64,000 bases of DNA from an uncultured Alistipes sp. GTDB taxonomy: Bacteria > Bacteroidota > Bacteroidia > Bacteroidales > UBA932. Below, one piece after another: positions 46,676 through 54,551 of the stretch. Position 1 is the stretch's first letter; each line of letters opens with the position of its first letter. Location of the stretch: positions 45,342-109,341 of the forward strand of contig UQUJ01000001.1 in assembly GCA_900544195.1 (NCBI GenBank). Reading direction: 5' to 3'. The translations under genes were made by a program, and so were the position numbers. The notes under the pieces were generated by a model. The model worked only from the letters and a program-made list of their open reading frames with translations. It was not told the origin of the DNA and did not search any database.

Positions 46676-48079
46676 CTATTTGCCCTGCGCCTCGTAGTCG
46701 GCCTTGACCTGCTCAAGGAGCTTGTCGGCTTTGGCGTAGCCGTCGGCTGGGGCTTTCCAGATGATGGCGAAGAGGATCACGCCGACGATGCCCAGGGCTA
46801 TGGCTACCTCGAAGACGGAGTTCCAGCCGAACTTGTCGGCAAGGGCTCCGAAGACGAGACCGGAGATCGCGGTGCTGGCGTAGCCGAGGATGCCGGCCAT
46901 GCCGTTGGCGGAGGAGGCGACACGCTTCGTGGCCTGGTTGGACAGGCATATTCCTATAAGAGCCTGAGGCATATAGATGAAGAAGCTGGCCATGATGATC
47001 AGGGCCACTGAAAGACCGCCCATCTCCTTAGGGGTGAGCCAGAAGAGGATGAAGCAGGCTGTGGCGCTGGCCAGGCCGATGAGACAGGTTCTGTGGGCCT
47101 TGCTGCCGAAGAACTTGTCGGTCGCCCAGCCGGCGAGAAGTGTTCCCACGATGCCGAGCACTTCAGTGATGCCCACCACCGTCGAGGCGGTCTGGATGCT
47201 CAGGCCTCTGTCCTGGGTGAGGAATGTCGCGCCCCAGTCCAGGATGGTGAAGCGGATGATGTAGATGAAGAAGTTGGAGGTCGCGAGAATCCAGACGATA
47301 GGGTTCTTGAACACCATCTCCTTGACGAATCTCTTGTAAGCGAAATCGGTGAACTCCTTAGGCTCTGTGACAACTTCCTTGACTGGAGCGTTGTCGTCAA
47401 TCTCCTCAGGATCAGGCAGCCCTACTGACGCAGGGGTGTCCTTGAGGCCGAAGAGAACCAGAACGGCACCGGCTATTGCGAGGAGTGCCGGGACGAAGAA
47501 GCACCATTGCCACGCTGAATATGAGAAGTGGTTCAGAATGAAGGTTCCGCAAAGGAATGCCACGAGGCTGGCACCGATGGAGTGCGAGCTGTTCCAGATG
47601 GCCTGCTTGGTGGCAAGCTCGGAAGGCTTGATCCAATGGGCCATAAGGCTACCGCATGGAGGGAACCCCATTCCCTGGGTGTAACCGTTTATGAGCCAAA
47701 GGCTTCCGATGAACGCGACCATTCCCATAGTGGCCTTGCCCTCGCCGTCCATAAAGTTGAACAGGCCGTTCATCTCAGGGCTGAGTCCTATGAATATATT
47801 CACGAGCGCGGAGAGGAAAAGTCCCGTGGCCATCATCTTCTTGCGGCTGACGCGGTCGGCGATGAAGCCGTTGATGAACCTTGAGAGGCCGTAGATGATG
47901 CCGTGGAGCGTCAGGAACAGACCGAGTTTGACCTTGCTGATCCCCAGCTCGGCCTCAAGGGCCGGCATCGTGATGCTGAAGTTCTTCCTGACGAAATAGA
48001 AGAGGGCGTAGCCGATCATCAGGATGATGAGGGTTCTCCACTGCCAATAGTTGTACTTTTTCTTGATAGACTGATCCAT
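46676..48079 (-). CDS. MFS transporter, organophosphate:phosphate antiporter family (GlpT/UhpC-like)
   Basis: 467 aa, 12 predicted TM segments, N-terminal WRTLIILMIGYALFYFVRKNFS and GLFLTLHGIIYGLSRFINGFIADR blocks characteristic of the OPA family. Confidence 0.8.
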   Translation of the reverse strand: MDQSIKKKYNYWQWRTLIILMIGYALFYFVRKNFSITMPALEAELGISKVKLGLFLTLHGIIYGLSRFINGFIADRVSRKKMMATGLFLSALVNIFIGLSPEMNGLFNFMDGEGKATMGMVAFIGSLWLINGYTQGMGFPPCGSLMAHWIKPSELATKQAIWNSSHSIGASLVAFLCGTFILNHFSYSAWQWCFFVPALLAIAGAVLVLFGLKDTPASVGLPDPEEIDDNAPVKEVVTEPKEFTDFAYKRFVKEMVFKNPIVWILATSNFFIYIIRFTILDWGATFLTQDRGLSIQTASTVVGITEVLGIVGTLLAGWATDKFFGSKAHRTCLIGLASATACFILFWLTPKEMGGLSVALIIMASFFIYMPQALIGICLSNQATKRVASSANGMAGILGYASTAISGLVFGALADKFGWNSVFEVAIALGIVGVILFAIIWKAPADGYAKADKLLEQVKADYEAQGK

Positions 48080-48302
48080 TCTTTTAGCGTTTTAAAAACG
48101 GGGGACACAAAGATACAAAAAACGGCATTCTTAAGGAAGAAATTGTTATTTTTGTAAGATATGAAATGAGCGGTCGCGGAGCTGTTGCTTCGCCCGGTCG
48201 CTGAGCTTGTCGAAGCGGCAGTTGGTTCGACAGGCTCACCAACCATCGAAGCGGTCCCTGAACCTGTCGAAGGAACCGGATAATGAAAGAAATTAATTAT
48301 TA

Positions 48303-49199
48303 ATGAATATGACAGAAAACTATAACAAGTCTCTCACCGCAGAGCAGAAGGCCAAGCTCCGCCGGATCAAGCATCTGGCTCTGGACATGGACGGCACAAT
48401 CTACATGGAGAACAACATCTTCCCTTTCACGGTCGAGGTGCTGGACACCATGAAAAGGAACGGGGTGGGATATTCATTCCTGACGAACAATCCGACGAAG
48501 TCGGTGGAGGACTACCTCAGGAAACTCGCCGGAATGGGAATCCCTGCCGATGAAGGGAACATGTACACGACCCCGATCGCCACGATCGACTACATCAGGA
48601 AGAATTTCCCTGATGTGAAGAAACTCTTTATGTTGGGTACTCCGAGCATGATCGGCCAGTTCGAGAAGGCTGGCTTCGTTTCCTGCGCAGACGATCCTGA
48701 TGACGTGCCGGACATGCTGATCGTGGCCTTCGACACCACGCTGGTATATTCACGCCTCTGCCGTGCCACCTGGTGGGCGAAGCAGGGCATCCCGTACGTG
48801 GCGACCAACCCTGACTGGGTTTGCCCGACGGACGCGAGAACCATTCTGGTGGACTGCGGCTCGCTCCAGAAGTGCATCGAGGCCGCTTCCGGCAGAAGGC
48901 CGGACAAGGTGATGGGCAAGCCGGATCCTACGATGCTCGACGGCATCCGTGACCGTAACGGGCTGCGGGCCGACGAGATTGCCATGGTCGGCGACCGGAT
49001 CTACACGGACATCGCGATGGGACACAACGCCGGAGCCGTCAGCGTGCTGGTTCTTTCCGGCGAGACCACGCTTGAGACTGCCTTGAAAGTGGCCGAGGAC
49101 GCCCGCGCGAATCCTCATCCGGAGCATTATCCAGCGGACTTCATCGTCCGCGACCTCAAGGAGCTTGGCGACCTGATCCTCGAGAGCCACAAGGACTGA
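48303..49199 (+). CDS. HAD-superfamily hydrolase, subfamily IIA (NagD-like sugar-phosphate phosphatase)
   Basis: Motif I LDMDGTIY, motif II FLTNN, motif IV GDRIYTDIAMG. Confidence 0.75.
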   Translation: MNMTENYNKSLTAEQKAKLRRIKHLALDMDGTIYMENNIFPFTVEVLDTMKRNGVGYSFLTNNPTKSVEDYLRKLAGMGIPADEGNMYTTPIATIDYIRKNFPDVKKLFMLGTPSMIGQFEKAGFVSCADDPDDVPDMLIVAFDTTLVYSRLCRATWWAKQGIPYVATNPDWVCPTDARTILVDCGSLQKCIEAASGRRPDKVMGKPDPTMLDGIRDRNGLRADEIAMVGDRIYTDIAMGHNAGAVSVLVLSGETTLETALKVAEDARANPHPEHYPADFIVRDLKELGDLILESHKD

Positions 49200-49207
49200 C
49201 AATCCCG

Positions 49208-49786
49208 ATGAAAGTCCTTTTCATCCACGGACTTGCGTCCTCCGGAGCCTACAAGATGGCCTCCTCCCTGCGGATTCTCCTGAAGGGGAGCGAGGTCATC
49301 GCTCCAGACGTGCCCATCGAACCCGGCGAGGCTTTGACCCTTCTTGAAGGAATATGCCGGGACGAGCGTCCTGACCTCATTGTCGGCCTGTCCCTTGGCG
49401 GATTCTGGGCACAGAAACTCCGTGGCTACCGCAAGATCCTCGTCAACCCTGACTTCCACATCTCCCGTCTCCTGCGCACGATGACAGGGGTGCGTGAATA
49501 TCTCTCCCCGCGCCGCGACGGAGCGTTGACGTTCACCGTCACCGAAGTGTTGTGCGATGAATATGCCCGTTTGGAAGCCACTGAGTTTGACGGGCTTTCT
49601 CCTGAGGAGATTGCCCTGACAACCGGCATGTTCGCCGACCGTGACGAGATGGTCAACTGCAAGGACGAGTTTGAGGCTTATTATCCAGGTCGGTCGCGTT
49701 CCTACCCTGGAACCCACCTGCCCAATTACCCCGAAATCAAGAAATATATCCTACCTGTAATCGAATATGAAGTATCTGATAAATAA
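49208..49786 (+). CDS. Alpha/beta-hydrolase esterase, YqiA-like
   Basis: 192 aa; VLFIHGLASSG start and nucleophile elbow GLSLGG. Confidence 0.65.
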   Translation: MKVLFIHGLASSGAYKMASSLRILLKGSEVIAPDVPIEPGEALTLLEGICRDERPDLIVGLSLGGFWAQKLRGYRKILVNPDFHISRLLRTMTGVREYLSPRRDGALTFTVTEVLCDEYARLEATEFDGLSPEEIALTTGMFADRDEMVNCKDEFEAYYPGRSRSYPGTHLPNYPEIKKYILPVIEYEVSDK

Positions 49787-50732
49787 CTCCACCGACCCGT
49801 ATTTCAACCTTGCGTTCGATGAATATTGCCTTGAGAACATTCCGTCCGAGGAACCGTACTTCTTCCTCTGGAGGAACCGCCCGGCAGTGATCATAGGCCT
49901 GAACCAGAACGCCTACAGCGAGGTGAATCTGGACTATCTCAATTCGCACGGCATCACGCTGGCCCGTCGTGTGACCGGAGGCGGAGCCGTCTATCACGAT
50001 CTCCAGAACATGAACTACACGATCATCGGCAGGAACCCGTCCCCTCAGCCGATGGTGGACGCTCTGCGCAGCCTTGGCGTACCCGCCGAGCTGACAGGCC
50101 GCAACGACATATTCGTGGAAGGAAGAAAGGTCTCCGGCTACGCCCGCCGCGTCTCCCATAATCAGGAGATCATCCACGGCACGCTGATGTATGACGTTGA
50201 CCTTGACACGCTTACGCACGTGCTGGACACGCAGGGCTCTAAGATGCAGGCCAAGGGTATCTCTTCGGTCAAGAGCCGTGTGGCGAATCTGAAGGAGTAC
50301 CTCCCGCAGTTCAAGTCCCTTGACGAGCTTCAGGCCGCGCTCCAGAAGATCCTTTCCGCAGGTGACGGTCAGATGCCTTTGTCCGCCGAGCAGGTCGCCG
50401 AGGTCCGCAGACAGGCCGACGAGAAGTTCTCCACCTGGGATTTCATCTACGGCCACTCCCACGAAGCCGATTTCCGCTGCAAGGCCAAACTCTCCTGCGG
50501 CACCGTAGAGGCCAACATCCGTGTGGACCGCGGCCTGATCGCCCGTCTGGATTTCTCCGGCGACTTCCTCTTCGACACCCCTGCCCAGGAGCTTGCCGCC
50601 AAGATGACCGGCCTCCGCTACGCCCCTGCTGAAGTAAAGGCTTTCCTGGCCACCCAGCCCGTCTCCACCTACTTCCGCGGCGCCACCCCCGACGACCTCG
50701 CCGCCCTCCTCTTCAAGCCTTCCGCCGAGTAG
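49767..50732 (+). CDS. lplA: Lipoate--protein ligase A
   Basis: BPL/LPL catalytic domain (RR.TGGGAVYHD..N) and C-terminal LplA domain; located near the lipoyl-E2 cluster. Confidence 0.85.
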   Translation: MKYLINNSTDPYFNLAFDEYCLENIPSEEPYFFLWRNRPAVIIGLNQNAYSEVNLDYLNSHGITLARRVTGGGAVYHDLQNMNYTIIGRNPSPQPMVDALRSLGVPAELTGRNDIFVEGRKVSGYARRVSHNQEIIHGTLMYDVDLDTLTHVLDTQGSKMQAKGISSVKSRVANLKEYLPQFKSLDELQAALQKILSAGDGQMPLSAEQVAEVRRQADEKFSTWDFIYGHSHEADFRCKAKLSCGTVEANIRVDRGLIARLDFSGDFLFDTPAQELAAKMTGLRYAPAEVKAFLATQPVSTYFRGATPDDLAALLFKPSAE

Positions 50733-51033
50733 CCGAGTAGCCGCGGAGTCACCGCCACCGCCACCCAGGCTGGCTCTGGACAGGTGTACAAGCGTTGAGC
50801 ATCTTCTCCTCCCTCCGCCGAGTGGCCGTGGAGCCTAAGGTCTTAATAATGAGCGAAATCAATGAACCTTCTCCTACCTCGAAGCGATAGGAGGAGGTTC
50901 TTTTTACTGTCTGATTTTCAATCGAATGCCCTCCACGGCGACATAAATAAAACTCTCAAAACGCTCCTGCCACCCTTCTTTTTAACCTCGACGGCGGCAA
51001 AACCGCTCAATAATGCCGCCGTTCCCCTCCGCA

Positions 51034-51190
51034 CCTTCCTCTCCGGAAACGAATATCCCTCAAAACGTCGCCGCAAGCCCCCTCTGATCCCTCTCCGGAA
51101 ACACAAACCCCTCAAAACGTTGCCGCAGGCCTCCTCTTATCCCTCTCCGGCAACGAATACCCCTCAAAACGTTGCCGCAGGGCGCGGAGG
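51034..51190. repeat. Tandem array of three ~52-bp units (CCCTCTCCGGAAACGAATA.CCCTCAAAACGT.GCCGCA.G...)
   Basis: Three contiguous copies with 80-90% identity, 67 bp upstream of the PNGase F-like gene; a degenerate fourth copy lies at 52515-52545. Confidence 0.8.
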
Positions 51191-51256
51191 GAACAGCGAT
51201 CCGTCAGTGAGACATTTATTTTGATTTTATTTTAAATTGTTTTAATTTAGGGGTCG

Positions 51257-52411
51257 ATGGATAAAACTTATACAGACATGATTATGATGAATCGAATCAC
51301 CGTTGCCTGCGTTGTTTTAGCCGGGTGCGTCACAATGTTTTCAAGCTGCCGAAAAGACAAGATTGAGCCTCCGGTTCCTCTTGACCCCGACAACATTGCT
51401 GTCAGGGAAGACAGGAAGCCGTTCCACAAGTCCGACCCCATGACGGGGAAAACGCCTTCCGCCAAGGTCAGCAGTGACAAATTGAAGCTGCATTTCTTCG
51501 GCTGGGGCGAGGAACAGGACTTCTCCTTCAACCTTATATTCCCGAAGGACAAGGAATATGAAAGGGTCATCATCGCCTATACTATGACAAGTTTCTTCGA
51601 AGGACCAGCTTCCTATGACAACACAACCATGCTTTTTGTGCGCAACAAGACAGACGGTCAATGGTACGAACTTACAAGGGCGTTCACCCCATACGGAAAC
51701 GCGTTCAACAGCAGTTGGAGCAAGACCTTCTGGATAGATGTCTCTGAATATTCCTCCATGCTCTCCGGGGACACGGAGTTCCGGCTGTACTACGGCGGGT
51801 TCGACGCGACCCCGACAAGAAGCCACGCCGTCAGGCTGGACTTCAATCTCTACGAAGGCAAGCCGTCGAAAAAAGTCGTGTGGACATCCAAGGTCTACGA
51901 TTCCAGCCGTGACGGCAATTCCGGCTATAGGGGCTGGTCCTACGGCGTGAAGGGTCATGACATCGAGGACGCTTCCAGATTGGGCAAAAGGGAGTTCACC
52001 CTGCCGCAGGAAGTCAAATCCCTGTTGATGAAAGTGGCCGTGAGCGGCCATGGTCACGATCAGGGAAGATTCATAGAAAGAACGGGTTACGTGACAAGAA
52101 ACGCTGCCGAGTTCGATGAGAACACGTACACCATCGTGATCAACGGAGTCACCCAGAAAAAGACCGGAAGAATCTTCTACAGCAACAAGGACAACTACCC
52201 TCAGGCCGGGACCTATCTCTATGACAGGGCCAACTGGGCTCCCGGAAATCCGCTGAATGTGCATTACTGGACGATTACTCCGCCGGAAAGTTCCCGAAGG
52301 TTGTCTCTGGACCTCAACCTTGAGAAGTTCGAGTCTCAGTTCACCGACCCGAAAGCCGAAGGTTGCGCGCAGTACATAGTCGAAGTCGATCTCTTCGGCC
52401 TCAGCGACTAG
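51257..52411 (+). CDS. Peptide-N4-(N-acetyl-beta-glucosaminyl)asparagine amidase F (PNGase F) homologue, lipoprotein
   Basis: Lipobox MFSSC. Blocks VRNKTDGQWYELTRAFTPY, DVSEYSSMLSGDTEFRLY and VSGHGHD parallel the VKNKTTGEWYEIGRFITPY, DVTDFKSLLSGNTELKIY and ISGWGHA blocks of Elizabethkingia PNGase F as I remember that sequence. Confidence 0.75.
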   Translation: MDKTYTDMIMMNRITVACVVLAGCVTMFSSCRKDKIEPPVPLDPDNIAVREDRKPFHKSDPMTGKTPSAKVSSDKLKLHFFGWGEEQDFSFNLIFPKDKEYERVIIAYTMTSFFEGPASYDNTTMLFVRNKTDGQWYELTRAFTPYGNAFNSSWSKTFWIDVSEYSSMLSGDTEFRLYYGGFDATPTRSHAVRLDFNLYEGKPSKKVVWTSKVYDSSRDGNSGYRGWSYGVKGHDIEDASRLGKREFTLPQEVKSLLMKVAVSGHGHDQGRFIERTGYVTRNAAEFDENTYTIVINGVTQKKTGRIFYSNKDNYPQAGTYLYDRANWAPGNPLNVHYWTITPPESSRRLSLDLNLEKFESQFTDPKAEGCAQYIVEVDLFGLSD

Positions 52412-52643
52412 CGCCCCTCTGCCCGTCGCCGTCCTGCTTCCGTGGCGTCACTGCTGACGACCTCGCACCCTTCCCGTCAAGCCTTCCGCCGAGTAGTCAT
52501 CATCATCGTCCGCGAAACCTCCCGGAAACGCTCCCGTCGCCGTCCAATTGCCCCGTTACGGCTCACCTGCAAGTCTCCGTGTCTGATATGATATAAATCC
52601 AGCCATGGAGGAACATGAAAATATAATTAAGAGAATACTTTCG

Positions 52644-52713
52644 AGGATAGATCTTTTTTCGAAGAAGGAGTGTGCCGGTGGCACATGACAGATGAAAAAA
52701 AAGAGAGATAGAC
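52644..52713. promoter_or_regulatory. Second copy of the 70-bp element with palindrome TGTGCC-GGT-GGCACA (52671-52685)
   Basis: About 88% identical to 24031-24100; 35 bp upstream of the small ORF 52748-52966 and 372 bp upstream of the esterase gene. Confidence 0.5.
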
Positions 52714-53084
52714 CGGAAAGATTCCTTAAGATGATGCAGCTTGTTTTTTGAAGGTTACTAAGGTAGATTCCGTGAAAGGAAGTACCTTTGTAGTCATGGA
52801 TAAGAGCACAGCACAAGCAATGCTCTACGAGCGCTACCTCGGTTTCATTCTTCCCGATGGTATGTTGGATTTTTCGAACTGGTCTGGATGGAGAGATGTT
52901 TCTCACGGCCATGGAGGCGAAGAAGGAAGTTGCGTACACCGGCATACTGCACATACATCTTATTGATGGAGAATTATCTAGGTAGCGCTATGGCCGGCGT
53001 CCGTTTGCGCCCCACCGGTGGCAAAAAGGATTAAAGGCACCGTGCTGACAATTGTGGGTGTTGGAAAAAGGGAAGTGCTTGTAG

Positions 53085-54143
53085 TTGATGCTAAAAATAT
53101 TGAATATGAGGAAAATAGCCTTTTTGATGGCGCTGATGCTGTCCGTGTGTCCGCTCGGCGCCGGGATGTGGGTCTCTGCGCGGGAACTGACTCCGCGCTG
53201 GACTTTGGAATATTCACGGAAAGACACTTCGGCGCTTTTCATGGACATCTACTCTCCGGCGGAGGGGAGCGTGACGGAGATTGACGGCCGCAGGAAGCCG
53301 ACGATCCTCTATGTGTTCGGAGGCGGGTTCATGGAAGGGAACAGGCGTGACGGGACGGCTATGGAGTGGTTCCGGGATCTGACCGATGATGGCTATGGGG
53401 TGGTGGCGATTGACTACCGCCTTGGCTTGAAGGGGGTCAGGGGCGTTACCGCCTCGGAGTTCGTCGTGCTGTTGGAAAGGGCTATAAACCTTGCGGTTGA
53501 GGATCTGTTCAGCGCGACATCCTATCTGATCGAGCATCAGGATGAGCTGGGCATAGATCCGTCCGCCCTTGTGGTCGCGGGATCCTCCGCCGGTGCGATA
53601 ACCGCGTTGCAGGCTGAATATGAGATCTGTAACGGAACGCCCGTCGCGTCGGTGCTGCCGGAGGGCTTCAACTATGCCGGCGTGATGTCCTTCGCCGGAG
53701 CGCTGCTTGTCAAAGGAGGTGCTATTGAATATTCCCGAAAACCTTGTCCGACACTTTTGATGCACGGCACGAAGGATGACATCGTGCCTTATGAGGTTAC
53801 CAGTTACGGCGGCTACTCGTTCCGTGGCTCGTCAGCCCTGGCCAAGGCGTTGTCTGACAACGGTTATGACTATCGCATCTACCGGTACCTTGGCAACAAT
53901 CACACTGTCGCCGGCTTTATGCATTTCACTCTGGACATAGAAAGAGATTTCTTGGAGCGTAACGTGATGCAGGCTGTCCGTCTGAACGTTGACGCTCTGA
54001 TAGAAGACCCGTCCCTGCCATATTACCCCTCAGGTAACAGCAATCTTTACGACATCAAGACCGATAGGGCAGGCTCAGCGACCAAAAGGGGCGCTCCTTT
54101 AGTCTCAGGTAACAGCAATCTTTACGACATCAAGACCGATTGA
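53085..54143 (+). CDS. Secreted alpha/beta-hydrolase carboxylesterase/lipase
   Basis: Signal peptide; oxyanion-hole region YVFGGGFMEG; nucleophile elbow GSSAG; the C-terminus carries a 69-bp tandem duplication (SGNSNLYDIKTD twice). Confidence 0.75.
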   Translation: MMLKILNMRKIAFLMALMLSVCPLGAGMWVSARELTPRWTLEYSRKDTSALFMDIYSPAEGSVTEIDGRRKPTILYVFGGGFMEGNRRDGTAMEWFRDLTDDGYGVVAIDYRLGLKGVRGVTASEFVVLLERAINLAVEDLFSATSYLIEHQDELGIDPSALVVAGSSAGAITALQAEYEICNGTPVASVLPEGFNYAGVMSFAGALLVKGGAIEYSRKPCPTLLMHGTKDDIVPYEVTSYGGYSFRGSSALAKALSDNGYDYRIYRYLGNNHTVAGFMHFTLDIERDFLERNVMQAVRLNVDALIEDPSLPYYPSGNSNLYDIKTDRAGSATKRGAPLVSGNSNLYDIKTD

Positions 54144-54551
54144 CCAGACGCGAGATGGAGACGATGGGGAAGAGTCGTGAATCGCAACAGCCTGATTATC
54201 TGTGGACAAGACATCCGTCTTTGGTCGGCATGGACTAAAGGGAATCGTTTATGTTGCTCTTAATGAGAAGATTACTGCTCATCTGCTGATACAAAGCAGG
54301 TGAGCTCTAATGCTTTATTGATAAAGTTATTAGCGCATTTCCTTTGGACGCGGCTCCGCATTTTCTCGCTGTATTCAACCGAGTTCTGTCATGCTTCTAA
54401 TGGCAGAAAAGTATTATTTATAGTTTTATACATAATGCACTAATGCTCAATTAATTACAAACTATAGTAAAAAATTGGATTAATAATATTATATTTTATT
54501 GTTTGTATATTGATTGAAAAGTATTATACACAACACTAAAAATAAAGCCAG

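Noticed and set aside
51034-51190. Possible CRISPR array (three regularly spaced repeats)
   Set aside because: The units are contiguous 52-bp tandem repeats with no unique spacers of 25-40 bp. There are no cas genes in the window, and the repeat is not palindromic in the CRISPR manner.
50862-51224. ORF 50862-51224 (120 aa, Pro/Lys-rich)
   Set aside because: It is the translation of the 52-bp tandem repeat array. Its periodic sequence mirrors the DNA repeat.
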